This document shows positions 46,198 to 54,695 of a DNA stretch of 64,000 bases, piece after piece. The position numbers and the translations under genes are program-made. Numbering within the stretch: the stretch's first letter is position 1; every line of letters begins with the position of its first letter. This DNA is from Abditibacterium sp. (lineage in GTDB: Bacteria; Armatimonadota; Abditibacteriia; Abditibacteriales; Abditibacteriaceae). The stretch is taken from the NCBI GenBank assembly GCA_965246885.1, contig OZ251992.1, positions 352,001 through 416,000 on the forward strand. Direction: 5' to 3'. The notes under the pieces were generated by a model, which was not told the DNA's origin, did not search any database, and saw nothing but the letters and a program-made list of their open reading frames with translations.

Positions 46198-46420
46198 GCT
46201 TCGCGGACGGCGACGGCTCGTCCGCCGCCTTCCCCGGACAAAAGAATTACCTCCCGGATTCTTCCGCAGACCTCTGGGAATCGCTGACAGAGGGCGGCGA
46301 AGCGGCGCCAGACGTCTGCCACCCTTTCACCGCCCTCTGTCTTGGCGCCGCCCGCCTCTGGAATGGCTCCGGGAGGCCGGTGGGAGCGTGACGCACGTCT
46401 ATCGCCGCTTCCCAGAGGGC
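46198..46420. repeat. Degenerate 21-bp-period array downstream of rfbB
   Basis: cagacctctg (46267), cagagggcgg (46288), cagacgtctg (46309), ccgccctctg (46330), cccgcctctg (46351). Confidence 0.55.
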
Positions 46421-46423
46421 GTT

Positions 46424-47437
46424 TTATTTGGCGGCGAGGCGCGCGCTGTATTGGCGGGCGTAATAATCTTTGTAATCGGCGCCGTCGCGGATGGGGCGCC
46501 ACCAATCCTCGCGGGTCTTATACCAACTCACCGTTTGTTCGAGGGCGGTTGCGAACTCGAAGCGGGGCGCGTAGCCGAGGGATTTGATTTTGTCGAAATT
46601 GAGCGCGTAGCGGCGGTCGTGACCGGCGCGGTCTTCGACGTGCTTGATGAGGGATTCGGGCTTGCCGGTCAAGCGCAGGATGTCGAAAACGACGTCCTTG
46701 TTGTAACGCTCGTTGCCGCCACCGACGTTGTAGGCTTCGCCCGGCGTGCCCGCTTCGCCCGCGATGAGGATGCCTAAAGCGTGGTCGAGGGCGTAGATCC
46801 AGTCGCGGCGCTGCAAGCCGTCGCCATAAACCGGGAGGGCGCCATCGTCTATGGCGTTGGTCGTCATTAAGGGGATGAGCTTTTCGGGGAACTGGTAGGG
46901 GCCAAAAGTGTTCGAGCCGCGCGTGGTGATGACGGGCAAGCCGTGCGAGATGAAGTAGGAGCGCGCAATCAGTTCGCCGCCCGCCTTGCTCGCGGCATAC
47001 GGCGAGCGCGGCTCCAACGGGTCAGTTTCAAGCGAGTAACCGTGTTCCACGTCGCCATACACCTCGTCCGTCGAGACTTGAATAAAGCGCGAGATGCCCG
47101 CTTTTTTAGCGGCTTCGCACAGGACGTAGACGCCGTAGACGTCGGTTTGCACGAAGGCGCCCGCGAGGTTGGGGTCGCCCATGAGGGAGCGGTCTACGTG
47201 CGATTCCGCCGCGAAGTTGAAGACCATGTCGCAGCCCTCCATCGCGTGCGCGACGATTTGGGGGTCGCAGATGTCGCCCTCGACGAACGCGGCGCCCGTG
47301 CCTTCGAGGTTCTCACGGCGTCCGGCGTAGGTCAGCTTGTCTATCACGACCACTTCCCAGTCGGGGCGCTCCGCTTCGACGAGGCGAACGAAATTGGAGC
47401 CGATAAACCCGGCGCCGCCGGTGACGAGAATCTTCAT
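46424..47437 (-). CDS. rfbB: dTDP-glucose 4,6-dehydratase
   Basis: VTGGAGFIG, DKLTYAG, AAESHVDRS, STDEVYG, YAASK, QFPEKLIP. Confidence 0.95.
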   Translation of the reverse strand: MKILVTGGAGFIGSNFVRLVEAERPDWEVVVIDKLTYAGRRENLEGTGAAFVEGDICDPQIVAHAMEGCDMVFNFAAESHVDRSLMGDPNLAGAFVQTDVYGVYVLCEAAKKAGISRFIQVSTDEVYGDVEHGYSLETDPLEPRSPYAASKAGGELIARSYFISHGLPVITTRGSNTFGPYQFPEKLIPLMTTNAIDDGALPVYGDGLQRRDWIYALDHALGILIAGEAGTPGEAYNVGGGNERYNKDVVFDILRLTGKPESLIKHVEDRAGHDRRYALNFDKIKSLGYAPRFEFATALEQTVSWYKTREDWWRPIRDGADYKDYYARQYSARLAAK

Positions 47438-48354
47438 ACCGCCTTAAAATCTACCCGAAACCGCGAGGTGTCGCGTCGCTGCGCGTGGTCGTGTGTGACG
47501 AACGATGCGCCCTGCCGGTCTATCTCCAAATGCCGTGAGAACACGCCCGCGTACAGTTGCGGGATGATGTCGCCCCGCCCGATGCGCCCATAGCCGCGCG
47601 AGTCGGGACAATGTATCTGCCAGACGTTGCCCCCGGCCTTGTAGGGCGGGAACAAGTGATGGTCGGGGTGCAAGTGAATGTGCCCCGACATCCAAAACGT
47701 CGGCGCCTCGCGCGCCAGCATCGCCCGAAGCAGGTCGCCCTTCGGCTCTATCGAAGCCGAGCGCGATTCTTCGTAGTACACCAAATCCAACCGCCCGCCC
47801 AACAAAACCGGCGCGTGGCAAAACACAAAAAGCGGCAAGGGCGTGTCCAGTTGCCCCCCGAACCACGCGAGTTGCGCGTCGGAGATGGTCTCTTGCTTTC
47901 GGTTGCCGATGTCGTCCAGGCTGAGAAACACAAAGCGGCCCAAGGCCGAATCGAACGCGCGCCACAACCCATCCACTCGCCAAAAGCTCTGGAACTGGTC
48001 GAGTTTGGCGCGCTGCTCGGCGTCGCCCGCTTGCTCCCAATACTCGCCGTATTCGGGCGAATCGTCGTCCACCGACTCAAAGTAGAACTCGTGATTGCCC
48101 GCGAGGGCCGTGAACGGACGCGCTACCCCCACCGCGAAGTCGCGCACCGCGTCGTACTCGCGCGGCGTTGCGTAGGCGCGCACCATGTCGCCCAGAAATA
48201 CCACATAATCCGCGCGGTCGAGATACGCGCGGTTGCCCAGAATCATCTCCGGTTGCGGCGTGCGCGGCAAGTGCAAGTCGGAAAACGGCAGTATGGTGAG
48301 GCCGTCGGCCAGTTGGGGCAAGGGCGAGGGCGGCGTTGGGACGGGACGAAGCAT
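47434..48354 (-). CDS. Calcineurin-like metallophosphoesterase
   Basis: SDLH, LGDMV, GNHE, FCHAP, SGHIH. Confidence 0.9.
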   Translation of the reverse strand: MLRPVPTPPSPLPQLADGLTILPFSDLHLPRTPQPEMILGNRAYLDRADYVVFLGDMVRAYATPREYDAVRDFAVGVARPFTALAGNHEFYFESVDDDSPEYGEYWEQAGDAEQRAKLDQFQSFWRVDGLWRAFDSALGRFVFLSLDDIGNRKQETISDAQLAWFGGQLDTPLPLFVFCHAPVLLGGRLDLVYYEESRSASIEPKGDLLRAMLAREAPTFWMSGHIHLHPDHHLFPPYKAGGNVWQIHCPDSRGYGRIGRGDIIPQLYAGVFSRHLEIDRQGASFVTHDHAQRRDTSRFRVDFKAV

Positions 48355-48363
48355 GAGAAAGGG

Positions 48364-49128
48364 TTACGAGGTCGGAGTCTGACGCCCCGCCCGCGCTTCC
48401 TCAATGCGCCGCGCGCGGTCTACCAACTTTTCGCACGAGGGCGTCAGGTGCGTCATCAGGTTGCCGTCCACACGGCCCAGTCGGAGCATGACGCCCGTCG
48501 AGAGCATGTTCAAGACCATCTTTTGCGCCGTCCCCGCTTTCATGCGGCTCGACCCCGCGAGCGCTTCCGGGCCGACAAAAGGCGCGATAAACACGTCGCA
48601 ACGCCCCTTCATGGCCGCTTCGGGATTGACCGAAATGCCCGCGCTCCAAGCTCCGATGGCGCGGGCATGGTCGAGGGCGCCCAGCACATACGGCGTGCGC
48701 CCCGATGCCGCGAGGCCGACCAAGCAGTCCCCCGCCCCGAAGCCCGCCGCCGCTAAGTCGCGCGCGCCGTTTTCGGTGATGTCCTCGGCGCCCTCTTGCG
48801 AGCGGAACATCGCCTCGCGCCCGCCCGCAATCAGCCCTTGCACAAGGTCGGGAGGCGTGCCAAAAGTCGGCGGGCACTCGCTCGCGTCCACTACACCCAA
48901 CCGCCCCGACGTGCCCGCCCCACTATAAAACAAGCGGCCCCCTTGCGCCAAGCGCGCGGCAATGGCTTCGACCGCCAGAGCCACTTGCGGCAACACGAGG
49001 CGCACGGCGGGCGCCACCAGATGATCTTCGTCGCTGATGAGCGCGAGCGCCTCAAGCGTGGGCAAGCGCGACAGTTCGAGGGTGCGCGGGTTGACGCCTT
49101 CGCTGGGCAAGTTGGAAAGGTCGGTCAT
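48364..49128 (-). CDS. murQ: N-acetylmuramic acid 6-phosphate etherase
   Basis: GAGTSGRLG, DASECPPTFG, ASGRTPYV, GSSRMKAGTAQK; lacks the usual C-terminal extension. Confidence 0.93.
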   Translation of the reverse strand: MTDLSNLPSEGVNPRTLELSRLPTLEALALISDEDHLVAPAVRLVLPQVALAVEAIAARLAQGGRLFYSGAGTSGRLGVVDASECPPTFGTPPDLVQGLIAGGREAMFRSQEGAEDITENGARDLAAAGFGAGDCLVGLAASGRTPYVLGALDHARAIGAWSAGISVNPEAAMKGRCDVFIAPFVGPEALAGSSRMKAGTAQKMVLNMLSTGVMLRLGRVDGNLMTHLTPSCEKLVDRARRIEEARAGRQTPTS

Positions 49129-49154
49129 GGAAGATAGTTTGCCGTCGCGCGCTT

Positions 49155-49727
49155 TCACACCGGCCAGAGCGTCTTGGCATCGGAGATGGCGCGTCGGAGT
49201 TGCACGGGGTCGGTGCCGCGCGCTCCGCGCAGGTCGGCGCCGCGCAGGTCGGTTTTGTCGAGGTTGGCGCGCCCCAAGTTGGTGCCGCGTAGCCACGCGC
49301 CGCGCAAATCGGCGCCCACGAGAAGCGCGCCGCGCAGGTCGGCGCCGTGCAAATGAGCGCTTCGCAAGCGGGCAAAAGGCCACTCGACGCCCGCCAGACG
49401 CACGCCCGATAAGTCCAAAGGCCGGTGCTCGAAGCGCAAAGGCCGCCCGCCCAAGGCCGACAGCGCGGCGCCGACATCAAGGGGCAAGCGCTCCTCGGAT
49501 AGGGGCCGCTCAAAAGTGCGGCGGCGCACAAAGGCCGATAAGACATCCTCGACCGCTTCGCCCCACTCGTCTGCTTCGTTCCACAGCGCGCGGCACAGCG
49601 CCACCCCCGCCAAGCGCGCCGCGATGCCCTCTCCTGCCAGAAGCGCCGCCGCCGTTTCAAAGCGCGCCGAGGCGTTTCGCGCTGCGCGGCGCGCGAGCAG
49701 GTGGTCGAGTTCGGGCGGCAAGAGCAT
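49155..49727 (-). CDS. Pentapeptide repeat protein
   Basis: AHLHG ADLRG ALLVG ADLRG AWLRG repeats. Confidence 0.85.
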   Translation of the reverse strand: MLLPPELDHLLARRAARNASARFETAAALLAGEGIAARLAGVALCRALWNEADEWGEAVEDVLSAFVRRRTFERPLSEERLPLDVGAALSALGGRPLRFEHRPLDLSGVRLAGVEWPFARLRSAHLHGADLRGALLVGADLRGAWLRGTNLGRANLDKTDLRGADLRGARGTDPVQLRRAISDAKTLWPV

Positions 49728-49746
49728 GGCGGAGGGAGGCGGCCTC

Positions 49747-50718
49747 TTAAACGGCGCTTCGCATGGACGGCAAAGCCATATCCGCTTCAGAGGGGGCCGA
49801 TGCGGACGGAGTGGCAGGCGCGGCGCGCGGCGGGGTGTTGGCGGCAACCGGGTCGAATTCGGGGCGCACGTTTTCGGGTAGCTTGGTGGCTTTGTCCATG
49901 TGCGCGGTTTGCAACTGGGCGACGGTGAGGCCCGACGCGCCAGTGAGGTCGGCGCCTTCAAGGTGTGCGCCATCCAAAACAGCGCCCGCCATATGAGCCT
50001 TCCACAGCCACGCGCCGCGCAAATCGGCGCTTTGCAACACGGCGCCTTCGAGGTTGGCCTCGTAAAGCTGCGCGTTTTCGAGGTTGGCGAAGGGCGCATA
50101 CACGCGGGCGAGGGCCACGCCGTGCAAATCGAGGCGGCTGTCGGGCGCATCGAAAGCGCGGGTGCGGCGCCCAATGACAGTCAAAATCGCTTGCACGTCG
50201 GCACCGGGGCGGGCGGGCGCGATGTCCTCCTCGCGCCAAGGCGCGCGCGAACGGGCGAAAGCGGCGAGGACTTCCATGACCGGCCCGTGATCGGCTTTGG
50301 ACTCGCGCGCCAAACGTTCGAGCGCGTAAATGCCGCCCAAGCGCACTTCGAGCGACTCGTGCCCCAACAAGGCCATCGCCCCGGCGTAGCGCGCCGTTTC
50401 GCCCGCTTGGGCCGCGAAAAAAGAGGCGCGCTCGGACGCGGCTTGCGTCGCGCTGCTTTGTTCCAAGACATGGCTCATCAGGCGCAAGTTGTGGCTCAGT
50501 TGCACCGCGCACCACGCGAAGACACCCGCGAGAAGAGAAAGGGCAAAAGCGCCGCGCCACTGCGCTTCCAAGGAGAACTTCGTCGCAGGAGCGACGGGCA
50601 AGCCATGCACCGCGACCGACGGCCCGCCCAAAAAGAGGGCGACGATGATGGCCACCGCAACGACCGCGCGAATGGGAAAGGGCGCGGGTGTGTTGGCGTC
50701 GGGGGGTGCGGACTGCAT
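49747..50718 (-). CDS. Membrane-anchored pentapeptide repeat protein
   Basis: Two TM segments, RLGGIYALERLA motif, ANLEN AQLYE ANLEG repeats. Confidence 0.88.
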   Translation of the reverse strand: MQSAPPDANTPAPFPIRAVVAVAIIVALFLGGPSVAVHGLPVAPATKFSLEAQWRGAFALSLLAGVFAWCAVQLSHNLRLMSHVLEQSSATQAASERASFFAAQAGETARYAGAMALLGHESLEVRLGGIYALERLARESKADHGPVMEVLAAFARSRAPWREEDIAPARPGADVQAILTVIGRRTRAFDAPDSRLDLHGVALARVYAPFANLENAQLYEANLEGAVLQSADLRGAWLWKAHMAGAVLDGAHLEGADLTGASGLTVAQLQTAHMDKATKLPENVRPEFDPVAANTPPRAAPATPSASAPSEADMALPSMRSAV

Positions 50719-50928
50719 GGAAACAAAGGAAATAGCGGCTTCGCCGTTGGCATCCGGCGAGGGGGAAGCGAGCGGCATGCCCTTGGGTTTTCCTTGAAAA
50801 CCGGACGCGCACCCATAAAAAGCGGAGCCAAGTCCCCTGAAAAGTTCCGTAGGCAAGGGGAAGCAAACACCGATTTCGCCGTTTTCTAAGAGGTTGCCGA
50901 CAAAAGGCGCGGCGTTTCGCCAAAGCAA

Positions 50929-50956
50929 AGCGCCCGCTTCAGGGGAAGCGGGCGCT
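50929..50956 (-). terminator. Intrinsic terminator of the response regulator gene
   Basis: AGCGCCCGCTTC-aggg-GAAGCGGGCGCT with T-rich tail on the minus strand. Confidence 0.7.
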
Positions 50957-51003
50957 GGGAGTTGGGTTGCTGTTTCGGCGCGCGACGAAGCGGCGCCGTT
51001 TGG

Positions 51004-51717
51004 TTAGTCCACGACTTTGAAACCTAAACCCCGGTCGGTGACGATGAAGCGCGGCGAGGAGGGCGACGGCTCGACTTTCTCGCGCAAGCGGTGGATGTAG
51101 GCGCCGAGGTTGGAAGGGTTGATTTTGGTGCCTTCACCAAAGGCCTCGTCCACGAGTTGTTGGCGGCTCATCATCACGTTCTTGCGGGCCATGAGCGCGC
51201 GGAGCAGGGCGAACTCGCGCTTGGTGAGCGAGATGGGGCGGATTTCGCCGTTCTCCAAGCGCATGTAGACCTCGCGGCGGTCAGCGTTGAGGAAGATGGG
51301 GCCAGCGCGCAGGGCGACGGCGCGCGACGGCGCTTCGGCCCCTTTGCCTTTGAGCATGGCGATGTGCAAACGCGCGCCCAACTCGGCGGTGCGGACGGGC
51401 TTGACCAGAAAGTCGTCGGCGCCCACTTCGACTGCCGCGACCGCTTCGCTCTCGTCGCCGCGCTGGGTCAGGACGATGATGGGCGCGCTCGTCGCGTAGT
51501 CGCCTTGAGCGCGCATGGTGCGCAGCAAGTTCTCACCGACGCCCTCGCCGTTGATGTTCATCAAGATGGCGTCGGGCCGGGCTTCGCGCAACTTGTCGAG
51601 GGCGCCCTGTTCCGAAGTGGCCAGCGACGACTCGAAGCCGACTTCTTTGAGTTGTCCCGCGATGCCCTGAAGGGCGGTCTTGTCGTTTCCTACGACTAAA
51701 ATATGTTTGATCTTCAT
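51004..51717 (-). CDS. OmpR/PhoB family response regulator with atypical receiver
   Basis: GADDFLVKP, LTKREFALL, YIHRLREKVE, IVTDRGLGF. Confidence 0.9.
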   Translation of the reverse strand: MKIKHILVVGNDKTALQGIAGQLKEVGFESSLATSEQGALDKLREARPDAILMNINGEGVGENLLRTMRAQGDYATSAPIIVLTQRGDESEAVAAVEVGADDFLVKPVRTAELGARLHIAMLKGKGAEAPSRAVALRAGPIFLNADRREVYMRLENGEIRPISLTKREFALLRALMARKNVMMSRQQLVDEAFGEGTKINPSNLGAYIHRLREKVEPSPSSPRFIVTDRGLGFKVVD

Positions 51718-52063
51718 AACGGGGTTTCCGTGTTTGTGGCGGACGCCGTGCGTGTGCACGGCGTCCGCGCCCCTTCTTGAACCCTGACAGGACTTGCCAA
51801 AGCCAAGAGAGATGATAGTTCGGAGCGAGCTTCTAACGATCCGGGTCGCCGAGGCGTTGCACTCCTTCTCCTTTCAAGTGTTAAGCCAATGACGCTGTCT
51901 TAATCCTTGGAAAGCTCCTCTTTTCGGGAAAAAGTGTTGCATTTTTTACTTTCGCCCCGCCAACAGTCGCCCTCTCCCACTAAATCACTTTTGTGGAGTG
52001 TGATAGAAACGCGCGGAAGCCGCCTGAGATTTCCAATAGCTTTCGCACGATGGGTGTGGAGAT

Positions 52064-52597
52064 TTGCGAGGAATAGGCGAGCGGTTGGACAGTCCGGCCC
52101 GCCAGTGCCACCGCGCGCAGCAGTGCTTTTACACTATTCTTGTTTTGCCCGTCCTCAAGAAACCCCTGTCCCCGCGCCGCGACGAGATTTTCCAGCCGCT
52201 CGACAAGCCGCGTTACCTTCTCAACGGCGACCGCTTCCCCGATCTGTACACTCTCCTCGAAACCCCGCGCGACGCGACGCGGCGCGCACTCGAAGAGGCC
52301 ATCGTCGAGGCCACCTCGCAACTGCTCGCAGTCAACTTTTCGCGCGGCATGACGCCCCGCCTACGCCTCGTCGAACGTTTTACACCTGATTTCCGCCTGC
52401 TTCTGCTCGACCCCAAGCGCCGCGCGCGCTACGATGCCCTGCTCCTCGCCCACGAACGCGGCGACCAGACCGCCCCACCCTACGCCGCCTTTCTCGCGGG
52501 TGAAGAAGGCGAATCCCTCCTCCAACGCGCCCGTCGCCGCGCCAAAACCGTCGGCGAGCGCCTCGTGGTAACGTGGCGCGATTCGCCATATATTTAA
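52064..52597 (+). CDS. Hypothetical protein with degenerate J-domain-like motifs (start uncertain)
   Basis: DLYTLLE..RDA and LLDPKRRARYD resemble DnaJ helices I and IV; no HPD motif. Confidence 0.45.
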   Translation: MRGIGERLDSPARQCHRAQQCFYTILVLPVLKKPLSPRRDEIFQPLDKPRYLLNGDRFPDLYTLLETPRDATRRALEEAIVEATSQLLAVNFSRGMTPRLRLVERFTPDFRLLLLDPKRRARYDALLLAHERGDQTAPPYAAFLAGEEGESLLQRARRRAKTVGERLVVTWRDSPYI

Positions 52598-52605
52598 AGC
52601 AGATT

Positions 52606-53502
52606 ATGTCCAACTCCTCCCTCTTGCTCCTCTACGCAGTGGCGAATCTGGCTGGGTTTTGGCACACAGGCAAGGCAAGCGCTCAAACCCGCGATTCACC
52701 CGGCGGCCTTGGATACGACTCCGGTTTGGGCGCGCGCATTAGCGCCATGTGGCCCCTTGGACAGCAGCAGGAAGGCAATTCCAAATACTTCGTCATCTGG
52801 CGCGGCAAACCAACTGCCTTTCCGCTTTACGTCGAGGCGGGTTGGAATGGCGGTTCGGTTCGTCCCAACGAGCCTAACATCCGCGTGCGAGTGCGCGCCT
52901 TCGGCGAAAAAGGGCGACCAGCCGGACAAATCAACGGGCCGGGAGCAAGCGACGATACCTTTCTCACGAAAAAGACTTGCACTTTCACGCCACCCAAACC
53001 GGGCATTTACAAACTTACTTTAGAATGGTTGGATGTTAGTGGTCACGTATTGCCTCAGTGGGATCCCAAGCCCAAAGGTCGTCAGATGCTGAGCAACGAC
53101 AGCACCCTCGCGCGCACCATGACGCTCTGCGTGTATCAAGTGCCGCGCCCGCAGGCCATCGTCATTTTGGGTGGTTGGCAAGCTGTGCCCGGCGAGACCG
53201 ACCTTTACAAGCGGTCAATTGGCATCAATTGGAACAACCCTCGCACAACGCCTCCGGGTTACTCCTATTATGTGGCCAGAACCGACGTGCCCAAGCAACG
53301 CGCGGTCAAATTGCGTGTTGCCCCCGTCTTCCCGGTTAAGGGATTGGACAAAGTGTCGTGGCTGTCCGCATCCGTCGTGAACGTTAATATGATGTTTGGC
53401 TACCAAAACGATGTGGCCACTCAATTCTTCCGCTACTTCCCACTCCGCGATACGCCGCGCGATTTGGACTCCTACCGCGTCAAAGTTCAGGTGCTACCGT
53501 GA
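52606..53502 (+). CDS. Secreted hypothetical beta-rich protein
   Basis: Signal-peptide-like N-terminus (..KASAQ); FTPPKPGIYKLTL Ig-like strand. Confidence 0.65.
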   Translation: MSNSSLLLLYAVANLAGFWHTGKASAQTRDSPGGLGYDSGLGARISAMWPLGQQQEGNSKYFVIWRGKPTAFPLYVEAGWNGGSVRPNEPNIRVRVRAFGEKGRPAGQINGPGASDDTFLTKKTCTFTPPKPGIYKLTLEWLDVSGHVLPQWDPKPKGRQMLSNDSTLARTMTLCVYQVPRPQAIVILGGWQAVPGETDLYKRSIGINWNNPRTTPPGYSYYVARTDVPKQRAVKLRVAPVFPVKGLDKVSWLSASVVNVNMMFGYQNDVATQFFRYFPLRDTPRDLDSYRVKVQVLP

Positions 53503-54608
53503 GACAACCTTTATCGGGCGCCGAAAAGAGTTTGGGGGGTGCACTCGCGCTGCTTTTTGTGGCGGTGGGCACGTTTTTGGTGTGGAAGAAGGCGTCGTCT
53601 CCGCTTCTGGTGGGAACATTGCTGCCCGTGACGAGCGCCCAATTTCTGGCCGATGACAGGATTTTGGTCGTGACACAGTCGCCCTCTGGCCCGTTTCCAG
53701 TTGTGGCCGTAACGCACACGGATGGCGCCCAAACAAGTGTGTCGCGGGTGTGGGATTCGCAGATCAATGTTTATAGCTCGCCCGTCTCAGCCGATGGCCG
53801 ATGGTGGTTGGTGCGCGATTACAACTTCCGCAACCCGACCATCTCGCTTTTCGATTTGAACTCGCTCATACAGGTTCGCACTTTTACAGGAGATGGGTCG
53901 TGGCTGGATTCACGTCATTTTGAGATAGCGACGAAGGGCGTCGCGCAAACATGGGGCATCTCCAAACAGGGCGGCCTATCCTTGCAAAGTCAACATATAT
54001 TTTCCCGGCCCACCCTGCGACAACCTTCTCCCGATGGCAAAGCCGCGCTTCGCGTGGTCGAACAGAAGAAACGCGTGCTGGAAACGGACACGAACTCGTC
54101 TACTTATTCCTTGGTGCCGCGCGACTATCTGCGCTCACAAACCACCGTAGTCGCGGTTCCGGGTGGCAAACCGATTGGCGCCTTGTCCGGGGACTCATGG
54201 CGCTCGCTGTCATGGCGTGAAGGCGGCAAGCAACTTTGGGGGCTGGCTTTTGTGGACGGTGTGTTTCCCGGTCGCGGCGACATTATGCGCTTCGACCTCG
54301 CCACGTGCCGTAGCACCGCCACGCGCTTGGAAATGCCGGAGAACGTGTTGCGCTCTTACTCCTTGTCCTACTTAGAGTTCCGCTTTTCGGGCGATGGGCG
54401 GATTTTGGTGGCGTCAACTCTTGATGGCGCCCTGCTTGTGTGGGGCGCGGCGGACGGGCATTTTCTCCGGCTCCTTCCTTCGCCAAACGACCGCTTTTAC
54501 CGGACGCTTGGCCCTCCGCAAATCTCCGCCGACAGCCGTTTGCTCTTGCGCCCCACCCCACAAGGCGTCGAAATCTACCGCACCGAACAGTTTTTACCCC
54601 GTCGTTGA
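53499..54608 (+). CDS. Membrane-anchored WD40-like beta-propeller protein
   Basis: GTGA overlap; TM; VSADGRW, SPDGK, FSGDGRILV, ISADSRLL repeats. Confidence 0.72.
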   Translation: MRQPLSGAEKSLGGALALLFVAVGTFLVWKKASSPLLVGTLLPVTSAQFLADDRILVVTQSPSGPFPVVAVTHTDGAQTSVSRVWDSQINVYSSPVSADGRWWLVRDYNFRNPTISLFDLNSLIQVRTFTGDGSWLDSRHFEIATKGVAQTWGISKQGGLSLQSQHIFSRPTLRQPSPDGKAALRVVEQKKRVLETDTNSSTYSLVPRDYLRSQTTVVAVPGGKPIGALSGDSWRSLSWREGGKQLWGLAFVDGVFPGRGDIMRFDLATCRSTATRLEMPENVLRSYSLSYLEFRFSGDGRILVASTLDGALLVWGAADGHFLRLLPSPNDRFYRTLGPPQISADSRLLLRPTPQGVEIYRTEQFLPRR

Positions 54609-54695
54609 AAGAGCACCCAAATTTTTTTCGTTCTTTTCTCCTATTGTTCGCGTCTTCTATTCCCGCGTTCCGGTTTCCGGCTCCCGCTTTCGACA

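Noticed and set aside
45900..46420. Integrative element at tRNA-Thr
   Set aside because: No integrase and no duplicated tRNA 3' end found in the window.
51770..51960. Known riboswitch upstream of the response regulator
   Set aside because: I could not match any riboswitch consensus by eye; kept only as an unexplained structured region.
52064..52597. Functional DnaJ co-chaperone
   Set aside because: The HPD motif is absent; only weak resemblance to J-domain helices.
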